A DNA stretch of 64,000 nucleotides from Candidatus Eiseniibacteriota bacterium (GTDB lineage: Bacteria > Arandabacterota > Arandabacteria > Arandabacterales > Arandabacteraceae), in assembly GCA_043810925.1 (NCBI GenBank), contig JBDRNT010000161.1, positions 32,001-96,000 on the forward strand. Reading direction: 5' to 3'. Under the pieces are notes generated by a model. That model searched no databases. It was not told the origin of the DNA and saw nothing but the letters and a program-made list of their open reading frames with translations. Both the position numbers and the translations under genes were made by a program. Position 1 is the first letter of the stretch. Each line of letters opens with the position of its first letter. This document shows, piece by piece, positions 9,428 through 19,588 of this stretch.

Positions 9428-10186
9428 ATGGGAAAACCAATTAGGATTCTGGTCGTGGACGATGAGTTACCTGTCTGTCAGAGCGTTTCGAGTGCGCTGG
9501 CTATCGAAGATTACACGGTCGAAATGGCGCTCAGCGGTGAGGAGGCCCTTGAGAAACAGGCAAGGTCGCCATACGATGTCGTCATTACGGACCTGATGAT
9601 GCCGGGATTGAGCGGTATGGATCTTCTGAGAACAGTGACGAGGGATAGGCCCGAAACCAAGGTCATAATGATTACGGGGTACCCGTCCATTAAATCTGCG
9701 GTTGAGGCCACAAAGCTAGGCGCTTTTGACTATATTCCCAAGCCATTCACTCCGGATGAACTGCGTAGTCTGGTATCCCGGGCCATCAAGAGTAAACGCT
9801 ATCATGAGACTCAGAAGATTACCCCTCCTCCCGGTATCTACTGCATGCCTGAAAACTCTTGGGCCGCTGTTGAAGAAAATCACAGGGTGCGGATCGGGGT
9901 CCACCACCTCTTCCTCCGGACCATTGATAGAGTGATCTCCATTGAGCTTCCAGAAGTAGGCGCTACGCGATATCAGGGAGAGGTCTGCGCGAGATTGCAT
10001 GATTCCCGTGGTCATGTCCACAAACTATGGGCACCTGTCTGTGGAGTAGTCACTGCGATAAACGACCAATCCGGGGCTGACTACTCCTCTCTGATCAAAG
10101 ACCCTTATGCTGAGGGGTGGTTGTTCGTGGTCGCACCCACAGATCTCGAAACCGACCTGAAAAACCTTGTAAAGGTGACTCCGTAG
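9428..10186 (+). CDS. Response regulator receiver fused to a glycine-cleavage H-protein-like domain
   Basis: REC (ILVVDD, ITDLMMP, YIPKPF) plus VRIG...IELPEVG...APVCGVV.AIN...DPYAEGWLF. Confidence 0.85.
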   Translation: MGKPIRILVVDDELPVCQSVSSALAIEDYTVEMALSGEEALEKQARSPYDVVITDLMMPGLSGMDLLRTVTRDRPETKVIMITGYPSIKSAVEATKLGAFDYIPKPFTPDELRSLVSRAIKSKRYHETQKITPPPGIYCMPENSWAAVEENHRVRIGVHHLFLRTIDRVISIELPEVGATRYQGEVCARLHDSRGHVHKLWAPVCGVVTAINDQSGADYSSLIKDPYAEGWLFVVAPTDLETDLKNLVKVTP

Positions 10187-10226
10187 GTGCCGCCAGGACG
10201 AAGACCGGTCGAGGATCGAAGGTTCT

Positions 10227-11588
10227 ATGCCTGAAAACTTGAGCATATTGGTCATTGACGACGACAAGATCATACGCGATTCCTGCCGTCAGGTACTGTC
10301 CCGGAGCAAGTATAGCACGGAAGTTGCGGGAGACGGGCCTGAAGGCCTTGAATTGATGAAACGCGAGGTGTTTGACATAGTCGTTCTTGACCTGAAACTG
10401 CCGAGTATGGACGGCTTGGATGTTCTGAAAAGGATAGAAAGTGACAGCCCCGATACAATCGTGATTGTGATTACCGGCTACGCCACCGTTGAGTCGGCCG
10501 TGCAAGCAATGAAACTGGGAGCATATGACTTCGTTCCCAAACCTTTTACACCCGATGAACTACGAGCAGTCGTTCGCAGGGCGGCTGAAAAACGACGCCT
10601 TACGGCAGAGAACATCTACCTTCGTGACCAGTTGGATGCATATGTAGGATTGGATGAGATAATCGGGGAAAGCAAGCCGATGGCCACGATAAAGGAATTG
10701 ATAAGAAGGGTGGGACCCACTGACAGCACTGTTCTGATTTCCGGCGAAAGCGGCACCGGCAAGGATGTGGTAGCCCGGGCAATCCACTATCATAGCGCGC
10801 AGAAGGATACGCCTTTTGTAGTTGTAGACTGTGGCGGCATTGTGCCAACTCTGTTCGAAAGCGAGCTATTCGGCCATGTTCGAGGCGCCTTCACCGGAGC
10901 GGTCTTCTCAAGGAAAGGAAAACTCGAGTTAGCAAACGAAGGGACTGTATTCTTCGATGAAATAGGCAATATCGATATGAACACCCAGGGAAAACTCCTG
11001 CGGGTAATTCAGGAGAGAGAAATCACCAGGGTCGGCAGCAATCAGACTGTCAAGATAGAGGTGAGAATCGTTTCTGCTACAAACAAGGATCTTGGGCTCG
11101 CCATAAAGGATGAGACGTTTCGTGAGGACTTGTTTTACCGATTGAGTGTCATACCCATTTATCTTCCGCCTTTGAGGCAGAGGAAGGATGACATCGCCTT
11201 GTTGGCAGCATATTTCCTCGACAAGTGCAGCCGGAAGAAGAGCAAGAAGATAAAGGGCATGTCACGTGAGGCCATGCAAGAACTCCGCAGATATGACTGG
11301 CCGGGGAATGTACGCGAATTGCAGAATACTATCGAGCGCGCCGTGGTACTGGCAAAGAGAGACATTATAGGTCCTTCCGACCTCTTTTACTACCCGATCG
11401 GGGAGACGCCGGGCACCAGGGATCCGTCCTTTGCCTCGCTGGAAAAGGAACATTTGACCAAGATCCTCGAGGAGTGCACTTATAATAAGACCAAAGCGGC
11501 CGCTCTGCTCGAAATCGACCGCAAGACCCTCCGAGCAAGAATCAAGAAGTACGGCATCCCGGACCGGGGAGAAACTCCCCACGACTGA
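10227..11588 (+). CDS. NtrC-family sigma54-dependent response regulator
   Basis: REC + GESGTGKD + GAFTGA + WPGNVREL + HTH. Confidence 0.95.
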   Translation: MPENLSILVIDDDKIIRDSCRQVLSRSKYSTEVAGDGPEGLELMKREVFDIVVLDLKLPSMDGLDVLKRIESDSPDTIVIVITGYATVESAVQAMKLGAYDFVPKPFTPDELRAVVRRAAEKRRLTAENIYLRDQLDAYVGLDEIIGESKPMATIKELIRRVGPTDSTVLISGESGTGKDVVARAIHYHSAQKDTPFVVVDCGGIVPTLFESELFGHVRGAFTGAVFSRKGKLELANEGTVFFDEIGNIDMNTQGKLLRVIQEREITRVGSNQTVKIEVRIVSATNKDLGLAIKDETFREDLFYRLSVIPIYLPPLRQRKDDIALLAAYFLDKCSRKKSKKIKGMSREAMQELRRYDWPGNVRELQNTIERAVVLAKRDIIGPSDLFYYPIGETPGTRDPSFASLEKEHLTKILEECTYNKTKAAALLEIDRKTLRARIKKYGIPDRGETPHD

Positions 11589-11601
11589 GGCGGAATTCCC
11601 C
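11566..11601. promoter_or_regulatory. Tandem palindromic sites (candidate UAS)
   Basis: GGGGAG-AAA-CTCCCC at 11566-11580 and degenerate GAGGCGGAATTCCCC at 11587-11601, 21 bp apart. Confidence 0.45.
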
Positions 11602-11746
11602 GGAAGCCGGCAGTCCCACCGCCGGTAAGCGCCTTCATTCGGACAGAATTTTGACGCTGTAACCCATTATGTCCCAAGTGGATACACGCACGTGCTGACC
11701 CGTACCCGCTGATTTGTCACGAAGTTTGCATATAGGCGAAAGTGCC

Positions 11747-12898
11747 ATGAAGACTCCAACGATACTTGTAATCGACGATGATAAGGGGATGCTTGAGTCC
11801 TGCTCCCGCATATTCGCTGGTAGCGAGTACCATGTCAGTACTGCAGGAGACGGGGCAAGCGGCCTCAGGCAGGTCCGGGAACTCAAACCCGACATAGCTT
11901 TGATCGACCTCAACATGCCCGGCCGCAACGGCATCGAGGTCCTTGAGGAGATAAGAGAGATCGATCCAACCATTGTACCCATAGTGATCACAGGATACCC
12001 GAGTACGGAGAACGCGGTAGCCGCTATGAAAAGGGGCGCATACGATTTCGTACCAAAGCCCTTCACGCCAAAGGAACTCCGGTCAATCACCCGACGAGGA
12101 CTGGAAACACGGCGCCAGGCCCTTGAATCCGCAGCAGTCCAGCACCAGAAGGAAAAAGCGAAAGAGCTTCTTGTCAGCATTGTATCCCATCAGCTTCGGA
12201 GCCCGCTGACCGCCGTCCAGGGTTACTTCGATCTGATTCTGGGCGATTTTGTCACTGATCCGCTTGAACAGAGACGCATCATGGAACAGGTACGCACACG
12301 AATCCGCGCACTCCTCGAAATGATCAACGACTGGCTGAAGATGGCCGAGGTGGATGGCGCAACGCTTCGGAAGAACTTCGAATCATTGGACCTCGCTGCG
12401 GTTCTTATCGAGACGGTGGACTTCATGCAACCTCTCGCGATGGCCAAGGGAGTCGGTCTCAGCCTGGAGATTCCCGACGATCAGCTCTTTATCCGGGGGG
12501 ACAAGGAACTTCTGCAGGAGGTATTCACCAATCTGATCGACAACGGAATAAAGTATAACAGGCACGGTGGCAAGGTGGCTGTGAGTGCAAGATACAGCGC
12601 GAAACATCTGTTCATCGACGTCTCCGACACCGGGATAGGTATAACGAAGACCGATATCCCTTTCGTCTTCGACGAATTCTTTCGTGCTAAGAGTGAGGCG
12701 ACCCGACAGATTGCGGGCACCGGCCTGGGGCTGGCGATCGTGAAGAGAATGGTGGAAGCACACTCCGGCTCGATCGACGTGACCAGCGAACCCGGCAAAG
12801 GAAGTGTATTCACAGTCACGTTGCCAAGGCTGCACACGGGTGTTGGCGGCCGTCTGAGGAAGGAAGGCGCGAAATGGAAGCGAAGAAGAGAATCCTGA
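11747..12898 (+). CDS. Hybrid REC-HisKA-HATPase cytoplasmic kinase
   Basis: ILVIDDD, IDLNMPG, SHQLRSPL, NLIDNGIKY, GTGLGL. Confidence 0.92.
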   Translation: MKTPTILVIDDDKGMLESCSRIFAGSEYHVSTAGDGASGLRQVRELKPDIALIDLNMPGRNGIEVLEEIREIDPTIVPIVITGYPSTENAVAAMKRGAYDFVPKPFTPKELRSITRRGLETRRQALESAAVQHQKEKAKELLVSIVSHQLRSPLTAVQGYFDLILGDFVTDPLEQRRIMEQVRTRIRALLEMINDWLKMAEVDGATLRKNFESLDLAAVLIETVDFMQPLAMAKGVGLSLEIPDDQLFIRGDKELLQEVFTNLIDNGIKYNRHGGKVAVSARYSAKHLFIDVSDTGIGITKTDIPFVFDEFFRAKSEATRQIAGTGLGLAIVKRMVEAHSGSIDVTSEPGKGSVFTVTLPRLHTGVGGRLRKEGAKWKRRRES

Positions 12899-13308
12899 TT
12901 GTTGACGATGACTCGGATTTCGTGTTCGTGACCAAGGCGGTACTCCAAAGCAAAGGCTACGAGTGCTCGTGCGCATACTCCGCCAAGGAGGGACTCCGGA
13001 AAATAAAGGAGACGAACCCGGACCTGATTGTCCTCGACATAATGATGGAAAGCCTCACAGCCGGCTTTCGTCTCCTCACCCAACTCAGAATGGCAAGAGA
13101 AGGCTCCGAGTATTTCAAATACTCCAAGGTCCCGGTATTGATTGTGTCCAACATAGAACGGGCCACGGGCAACAAGTACAAGTTCAAGGAGGTGGCAGGT
13201 ACAAGCCTTCTGCCTGTAGAGGGTTTCATCCGAAAGCCGGCACCGCCACTTCTGTTGTTACAGAAGGTGGAGGAATTGGTATCCAAGAGGTCGAACAAGT
13301 GCGTCTGA
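12874..13308 (+). CDS. Single-domain response regulator
   Basis: ILIVDDD, PDLIVLDIMM, FIRKP. Confidence 0.88.
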   Translation: MEAKKRILIVDDDSDFVFVTKAVLQSKGYECSCAYSAKEGLRKIKETNPDLIVLDIMMESLTAGFRLLTQLRMAREGSEYFKYSKVPVLIVSNIERATGNKYKFKEVAGTSLLPVEGFIRKPAPPLLLLQKVEELVSKRSNKCV

Positions 13309-13374
13309 GCATTACCTTCATAAACGCTGATAACGATCGTGGGCCTGCTGCGCAAGCACACATGGGAGGACGCG

Positions 13375-13683
13375 ATGAAGATCTTTCCTGACGGACAGAC
13401 GGTATCTCGCGGAGAGGTACACATAGTGGAGAGGCTGTGTAAAGGATGCGGGTTTTGCATTACCTATTGTCCGATGGACGTGCTGGAGATCTCTGAGAAG
13501 TTCAATGTGAAAGGATACCACTTTCCGGAGGTCCGGAAGCCGGAGCGTTGTGTGAACTGTGGACTATGTGGCCTGATTTGCCCGGATTTCGCAATCTGGT
13601 CGACTCTGAAGGAAGAGATAGATGTAAGCACGATCTTGAACCGGGGTCTTGTTGTCCACGCCCAGGGCGGGTCCGAGGAGTGA
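13375..13683 (+). CDS. 2x[4Fe-4S] ferredoxin (oxoacid oxidoreductase delta-subunit-like)
   Basis: CKGCGFCITYCP...GYHFP...CVNCGLCGLICPDFAI; RBS GGAGGA before ATG 13375. Confidence 0.85.
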   Translation: MKIFPDGQTVSRGEVHIVERLCKGCGFCITYCPMDVLEISEKFNVKGYHFPEVRKPERCVNCGLCGLICPDFAIWSTLKEEIDVSTILNRGLVVHAQGGSEE

Positions 13684-13702
13684 CGGAGGGAATCGTATAC
13701 AG

Positions 13703-15664
13703 ATGAAGCGGATCGGTGTGTTCGTCTGCTGGTGTGGGTCCAATATCGCAGAAACAGTCGATATCGAGCAACTTACCGAGGCTATGATGGATTACCCCGG
13801 AGTTGTGAGTGTAGTGGATTATTCATATATGTGCTCCGACCCCGGGCAGAACCTTATCCGGGAGACCATTATCGATAAGGATCTCGGTGGCGTGGTCATT
13901 GCCTGCTGTTCTCCAACCCTGCACGAAGCCACTTTTCGAGATCTCTCGCGATTGACAGGGCTTAATCCATATCAATGTGAGATCGCCAATATACGGGAGC
14001 AATGCAGCTGGGTTCACAGGGATGACAAACAGGCAGCGACGGCCAAGGCGATCAGAATAATAAGAACAGTCGTCGAGAAAGCACTTCAGAATGAGTCCCT
14101 TGAACCGATCAAGACACCGATCGTCAGAAGGGCCCTTGTTATAGGCGGGGGTATCGCCGGGATACAGGCGTCATTGGATATCGCAAATGCCGGATACGAC
14201 GTCGTTCTTGTTGAAAGAAATCCCTCGATAGGCGGACACATGATCCAGCTCTCTGAGACCTTTCCCACTCTTGACTGTTCACAGTGTATCCTCACGCCAA
14301 AGATGGTACAGGTGGCTCGTCATCCAAGAATAACCCTGCTGGCATACGCCGATATTCAGGATGTATCCGGCTATGTCGGCAACTTCAATGTCCGGATTCT
14401 CAAGAGACCGAGATATGTGATCGAAAGCAAGTGCAATCTCTGCGGCAAGTGCGCCGATGTGTGTCCTATAGCCGTGCCCGCGGAGTTTGAGAGAGGGCTC
14501 ACGGCCCGCAAGGCCATATACCTGCCCTTCCCCCAGGCGATTCCCGCCACCTATACAATAGATGCCCGGCAATGCCCCGGATTTCTCCCTATAGCATGTG
14601 GCAAGTGCGCACAGGTCTGTGAACCCGGGGCGATAGATTTCGACATGAAACCCGAGGTCATCGAGGAGACCTTTGGAGCGATAGTCGTGGCAACAGGATA
14701 TGATACCTATCCCAAAGAGCGAATACGGGAGTTCGGAAGATGCAAGTACGACGACGTAATGGACGGACTGCAATTCGAACGGCTTCTCTCTGCAACCGGG
14801 CCTACCCAGGGCGAGATTCGAAGGCTCTCCGACGGAAAAACCCCGAAGAGGGTGGTCTTCCTGAGCTGTGTTGGCTCCAGAAACCGCGAGCATCATCTGC
14901 CCTATTGTTCCAAGGTTTGCTGCATGTATACGGCGAAGCACGCAATGTTATACAAACACAAGGTCCCCGACGGCGAGGCAATAGTGTTCTACATCGACAT
15001 CAGGGCCGGCGGCAAAGGATACGAGGAATTCGTCGAACGCGCGCAACTCGAGGACAAGGTTCTCTATATCCGAGGGAAAGTATCCAGAGTTTTCAGCAAC
15101 GGCAACGGCAAGATGGTGGTCTGGGGTGCGGATACACTCGTTGGGAAGCAGATCGAGATCGAGTGCGACATGGTGGTCCTTTCAACCGCGATGGTTCCAA
15201 GTGCGGGCGCCCAGAGCTTGATCTCCAAATTGAACATCGCGTCGGATGAGTATGGATTCATCAGTGAGGCTCATCCGAAGTTGAGACCGGTAGAGAGCGT
15301 ATCGGCCGGCTTCTTCTTGGCCGGAGCCGCACAGGCCCCGAGGGACATCCCCGAAACGGTTGCCCATGCATCAGGTGCCGCATCCAAGGTCGCCGATTTG
15401 TTTGCTGAGGAAGAGCTGAAGCGCGAACCCATTGTGGCCGTGGTGAACGAAAGTCTGTGCAGCGGCTGTGGCGCCTGTCTGGCGCTCTGTCCTTATCAAG
15501 CCAGGGAATTCGAAATCCGTAACGATAGACGCATCGCCGCGGTAAACGAGAGTTTGTGCGAAGGATGCGGAAGTTGCATATCCGCCTGCCCATCGGGGGC
15601 GTGCCAGCAGAGGAACCTGACAGACGATCAGATATTGAAGATGGTAGAAGCCGCATTGAGTTAA
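13703..15664 (+). CDS. hdrA: Heterodisulfide reductase subunit A-like flavo-Fe-S protein
   Basis: IGVFVCWCGSNI, ANIREQCSWVH, GGGIAG, TFPTLDC, CVGSR, YCSKVCCM, C-terminal ferredoxin domain. Confidence 0.95.
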   Translation: MKRIGVFVCWCGSNIAETVDIEQLTEAMMDYPGVVSVVDYSYMCSDPGQNLIRETIIDKDLGGVVIACCSPTLHEATFRDLSRLTGLNPYQCEIANIREQCSWVHRDDKQAATAKAIRIIRTVVEKALQNESLEPIKTPIVRRALVIGGGIAGIQASLDIANAGYDVVLVERNPSIGGHMIQLSETFPTLDCSQCILTPKMVQVARHPRITLLAYADIQDVSGYVGNFNVRILKRPRYVIESKCNLCGKCADVCPIAVPAEFERGLTARKAIYLPFPQAIPATYTIDARQCPGFLPIACGKCAQVCEPGAIDFDMKPEVIEETFGAIVVATGYDTYPKERIREFGRCKYDDVMDGLQFERLLSATGPTQGEIRRLSDGKTPKRVVFLSCVGSRNREHHLPYCSKVCCMYTAKHAMLYKHKVPDGEAIVFYIDIRAGGKGYEEFVERAQLEDKVLYIRGKVSRVFSNGNGKMVVWGADTLVGKQIEIECDMVVLSTAMVPSAGAQSLISKLNIASDEYGFISEAHPKLRPVESVSAGFFLAGAAQAPRDIPETVAHASGAASKVADLFAEEELKREPIVAVVNESLCSGCGACLALCPYQAREFEIRNDRRIAAVNESLCEGCGSCISACPSGACQQRNLTDDQILKMVEAALS

Positions 15665-15678
15665 AGGGGGGTCATGCC

Positions 15679-16029
15679 ATGTATAATGACAACTACACCT
15701 TTACGGCCGACCTTCTCGCCTTTGTGGAATGGCAGGACCTGCCGCCGGCGCTGTATCCTTTCGTCAGATCTGCGAGCTTGAGAGACCATGTGATGCTGGG
15801 TAGAAAGTCACGTGTCCTGGTTCTGAGAATCAGAGAGGCTCCGGAAGCCTGTCACGCAATCATTGTCGACAAAGGGATGACGATGAATAAGATCGAGGCA
15901 AGAATCCGGAGAGAGCTGGAGGTGGTTACCCTGTCGGAGGAAACACGGGACGCACTTGAAGACCTGTTGGAAAAGAACCAAAGAGGTGACCTCACATATT
16001 TCATCAGCAATGTGCCCAGCAGAGTATGA
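15679..16029 (+). CDS. Hypothetical protein
   Basis: ATG after AAGGGGG directly downstream of hdrA; 116 aa; no motif recognised. Confidence 0.6.
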   Translation: MYNDNYTFTADLLAFVEWQDLPPALYPFVRSASLRDHVMLGRKSRVLVLRIREAPEACHAIIVDKGMTMNKIEARIRRELEVVTLSEETRDALEDLLEKNQRGDLTYFISNVPSRV

Positions 16030-16090
16030 CCTCGCTCCACACACCTGGCTCATCCCAGACTACTCGTGCGGTCACCACCGGACTCGCAGC

Positions 16091-16134
16091 AAAACAAAGG
16101 GTTCGGGGGGTGCGATACCCCCCGAACCTTATTT
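16091..16134. terminator. Rho-independent terminator between convergent genes
   Basis: 12-bp stem GGTTCGGGGGGT/ACCCCCCGAACC, 5-nt loop, T-rich tail on the - strand and TTATTT on the + strand. Confidence 0.8.
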
Positions 16135-16160
16135 ACCTTAGCACAAATGTGAAATCGACG

Positions 16161-16703
16161 TTACGGAATTATGTGCACACCGACACTGAGGTAGGTAACA
16201 TCCGCCTCGATCAGCGTGAATTCGACCTCGCCGCCGAAGCGCTCATTGAAATTCATCCCCAGGCCGCCGCCGACGGACAGCCCGGTGTCCGTGCCGCTCG
16301 CATCATAAGTCATAGTCCCCACACCGGGAATATCGTAGGTGACCTCGGCAGTGACATTCTCATACAGTATGCCGGCTTTGCCCTTAAGATAGAGGGACTC
16401 GTTGAGAGGATAGCGGTACACGAAATATCCCCCCAGGGTCCAGATCTTCCACTCGAATGTATCCGTGATGCCAGGGATGCCATAATCCCAATCACCACCG
16501 GTAATCCTGTAGTTAAACTCACCCTCGATCGACGCATTCGGGAAAATCTCGTGACCGCCCATCACACCTATCGGTATGATGTTGTCAATGCCTTCGACAT
16601 CGATCATCATCATGCCGGTCTTGACTCCGAAATACAACTGAGCGGACACTGAGCCCGCAAGAACAAGCCCTATCGCTATACTTAACAGAACTGCGCGCTT
16701 CAT
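16161..16703 (-). CDS. Small outer-membrane beta-barrel protein
   Basis: Signal peptide MKRAVLLSIAIGLVLAGSVSA; alternating beta-strand pattern; RBS TAAGGAGG. Confidence 0.82.
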   Translation of the reverse strand: MKRAVLLSIAIGLVLAGSVSAQLYFGVKTGMMMIDVEGIDNIIPIGVMGGHEIFPNASIEGEFNYRITGGDWDYGIPGITDTFEWKIWTLGGYFVYRYPLNESLYLKGKAGILYENVTAEVTYDIPGVGTMTYDASGTDTGLSVGGGLGMNFNERFGGEVEFTLIEADVTYLSVGVHIIP

Positions 16704-16816
16704 CTTTCTTTTCCTCCTTATGTTACACGGATTACCAACCCAGGGAACATCGTACGAGTAGTTGGTTTCTCCTCCTTTCCCTGCTTTTTCGTCCATATGA
16801 CACCAAGCTAGATATC

Positions 16817-16844
16817 ATTGTAAGAATAGTGGGGAATCTGTCAA
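16817..16844 (-). promoter_or_regulatory. Sigma70-type promoter for the beta-barrel gene
   Basis: TTGACA-N16-TACAAT on the - strand. Confidence 0.55.
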
Positions 16845-16868
16845 CAAAAAACGCTCTGCTCACGCGGA

Positions 16869-18302
16869 TCAGCAACCGAGGTGACGCTCGATCTCATAGG
16901 GGTGTGGATGTCGCTTCGTGTCACACACTTCCGCCTGCTTGAGATCCATCCACATGTCAATCAGATCCTCGGTGAATACTCCCGATTCAAGCAGGAATCG
17001 ATTATCCTCCCGCAGGGCATCAAGGGCCTCTTGAAGTGCGAACGGTACGGGGGTGATTCCCTTTCCTTCAAGATCGGCAACGCCGAAGACATCGAGATCG
17101 TAGGGTCCGAATCCTTCCTTCTCGGGGTCGATCCTCCGTTTGATCCCGTCCAGACCTGCCATCAGCATGGCAGCAACCGACAGATATGGATTGCCGCTCG
17201 CATCGGACGGACGGAATTCGATTCGCGCCTCATCGGCCGTGTTTATGCCCTTGGGAATCCTTACAGCCGCGCTTCTGTTGCCGATCGCGAAGACGAAGCA
17301 GGTGGGAGCCTCAAAGCCGGGCACAAGTCTTCTGTAGGAGTTGGTAGTGGGACATGTCAGGGCAAGCAACGCCCTGCCGTGCTTGAGTATGCCGCCGATG
17401 TAGTACATGGCCACTTTGCTCAGATTTCCATAGCCCCCCCTCTTGAAGAACATGTTCTTGCCACCCTTGACAAGATTCTGGTGAAAATGCATCCCGTTTC
17501 CGGGCTGGCCGTAGAGAGGTTTTGGAAGGAAGGTGGCTACCATGTCGTGGGCGGCAGCCAGTGTTTTTATCAAGTGCTTACCCACCATAATCTGGTCCGC
17601 AGCACGCCTGAGGGTCGCGGGGCGCACCTCTATCTCACATTGCCCGGCTGAACCGGCTTCGTGATGGGAGTACTTAACCGGTATCCCCGCCTTTTCCATC
17701 TCAGCAACCATAAGTGTGCGCAGTGACAGGCACCGGTCAGTCGGAGGCAGGGCGTGATAGCCGCCCTTCTGGCTTATCCAGGGATACACCTTGGCATCAT
17801 CCTCCGGCTCGATCCCCGCCTCCTCGGATCTCACCGAGTAGCCTGTGACCTCCGGAAGGCCCATCACCATGACCTCATCAAACAGATTGAACTCAAGCTC
17901 CGGCATGAAGAAAGCCTTATCGGCAATCCGGGTCTTTGCGAGATGGCTTTCGGCCCTGTCGGCAACCAGTCTGGGGTCACGGGCAAACGGTTTCTTTGTG
18001 TCCGCCTCAACACAGTTGCATATGAAACTCACAGACCTGGCATCCACGGTCTCCTCGATGAAAGAAGCTGCGGCATCGGGGATCAGACGCAGATCCCCGC
18101 TCTCGAGTCTTGTGAATCCTGGAATACTCGACCCGTCGAAAGCGACACCTCTCTGGAAGGTGTGCGGTCCAAAATTGGATAAGGGCAGGGTCACCTGGTG
18201 CCAGCGCCCGATGAGATCCACGAACTTGAGGTTGACGAACTCTGCATCGGACTTTCTGACAAAGCCGACCGCCTTCTTGATACTATCCGCTCTCTGTGCC
18301 AC
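16869..18302 (-). CDS. glnA: Glutamine synthetase type I
   Basis: FDGSSIPGF, HHEAG..GQCEI, FLPKP..GNGMHFH, NSYRRLVPGFEAP, RIEFR. Confidence 0.96.
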   Translation of the reverse strand: MAQRADSIKKAVGFVRKSDAEFVNLKFVDLIGRWHQVTLPLSNFGPHTFQRGVAFDGSSIPGFTRLESGDLRLIPDAAASFIEETVDARSVSFICNCVEADTKKPFARDPRLVADRAESHLAKTRIADKAFFMPELEFNLFDEVMVMGLPEVTGYSVRSEEAGIEPEDDAKVYPWISQKGGYHALPPTDRCLSLRTLMVAEMEKAGIPVKYSHHEAGSAGQCEIEVRPATLRRAADQIMVGKHLIKTLAAAHDMVATFLPKPLYGQPGNGMHFHQNLVKGGKNMFFKRGGYGNLSKVAMYYIGGILKHGRALLALTCPTTNSYRRLVPGFEAPTCFVFAIGNRSAAVRIPKGINTADEARIEFRPSDASGNPYLSVAAMLMAGLDGIKRRIDPEKEGFGPYDLDVFGVADLEGKGITPVPFALQEALDALREDNRFLLESGVFTEDLIDMWMDLKQAEVCDTKRHPHPYEIERHLGC

Positions 18303-18331
18303 TGCAGTCCCTCCGTGTCACACGTAGACCA

Positions 18332-19519
18332 TCAGAGCCCGAGTGCCGTCAGGAGACCGTCAAACAGATCGGTGTTTTCGCGGACCCCTGAAAATCCCCC
18401 GGCACCCGGCCCTCTTGCGAAAACGGGTACCATTGTCCCGGTATGATCTCCAGAGACCCATCGTACAAGCTTACAGTCCTCTCCTGCAAGAGTTTCGAGA
18501 TCATCATAGGATGGATACCCGGACTCTGAAGCGGTAAGAGCGGGGCCACCACAGTCATGGTCTGCACTTACCACGATCGTCAGCATAGAATCCTGCTTCT
18601 GGTAATCCATCGCAAAGCCGATAGCCGCGTCAAATGCAAAGAAGTCTCCGATTGCATCACTTATGTTCTTCCCGTGCTCCGCGTGGTCTATCCGACCTCC
18701 CTCGACCACGAGCAAAAACCCATCGGGATCGGTTGCAAGGATCCCGAGCGCCTTACCGGTCATGTCCACCAGCGACGGAACCTCATCTTCGCGTCGAGCC
18801 CGCTCGTATGGCAGGTGGTCGGACGCGAAAAGACCGAGCAGTCTCTCGCCATTGGAACGTTTGAGATCCTCACTGTCGAAGGCGACATCGAAGCCGCGTC
18901 GCTTGGCCTCTGCGGTAAGGTCCCTGCCATCCGCCCGTTTCCCACGCTCAGGCGGCAGGAAATACCGGTATCCCCCTCCGAGGACCACGGCGGCATCACC
19001 CTCCACTATCTGCACCGCGATTTCGTACTGCATATCCCTCGACGGTACGTGAGCAAGGAAACAAGCGGGTGTAGCATGGGTAACGGCCGTTGTGGTTACG
19101 ACACCAACGGCTTTGCCATGCCCGACGGCCCGTTCAAGAAGGTTCTGAAACTCCCTTCCACCCGGCGACATCCCGACGACGCCGTTGTTGGTCTTCTCTC
19201 CCGTGGCCAGGGCCGTACCCGATGCAGCTGAATCCGTCACCGGCCTGTCGGCTGAATGCGTCGTTTGATACCCGGCGGTTCCCGTGTTTGCGAGGTTCAC
19301 CATATTGAGCTCGGCACCTAGTGAGCGCTCCGAGTAGATCTTCGCTATGCTCAAGATCTGAGGGCCCATGCCGTCACCGATGAAGAATATGACACTCCCG
19401 GCAGGAGACACAGGTGCGGCCGGCTCGAGGTCCGCCCGGTACTCACCAAGCCTCGAAGGAGCACATGTGAGAGAGCCAATACTGAGAATCAGGAAAACTG
19501 CACACAGTTGTCTTTTCAT
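18332..19519 (-). CDS. Exported alkaline phosphatase (PhoA family)
   Basis: IGDGMG, TDSAAS, HATPA, EGGRIDHAEH, ADH; N-terminal signal with a possible lipoprotein Cys. Confidence 0.92.
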   Translation of the reverse strand: MKRQLCAVFLILSIGSLTCAPSRLGEYRADLEPAAPVSPAGSVIFFIGDGMGPQILSIAKIYSERSLGAELNMVNLANTGTAGYQTTHSADRPVTDSAASGTALATGEKTNNGVVGMSPGGREFQNLLERAVGHGKAVGVVTTTAVTHATPACFLAHVPSRDMQYEIAVQIVEGDAAVVLGGGYRYFLPPERGKRADGRDLTAEAKRRGFDVAFDSEDLKRSNGERLLGLFASDHLPYERARREDEVPSLVDMTGKALGILATDPDGFLLVVEGGRIDHAEHGKNISDAIGDFFAFDAAIGFAMDYQKQDSMLTIVVSADHDCGGPALTASESGYPSYDDLETLAGEDCKLVRWVSGDHTGTMVPVFARGPGAGGFSGVRENTDLFDGLLTALGL

Positions 19520-19588
19520 CACCACCTCCTCCAGGTCATATAAACATACACAAATCTCGGAAGGAGATAAAGGGAACAGCTACCTTTT

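Noticed and set aside
13703-15664. Selenocysteine recoding in hdrA or the hydrogenase
   Set aside because: The ORFs are continuous with Cys codons; no in-frame TGA is needed
16704-16812. Riboswitch in the ~105-nt leader of the beta-barrel gene
   Set aside because: Only a short ACCAAC/GTTGGT pairing; no known aptamer consensus recognised. An Rfam scan would settle it
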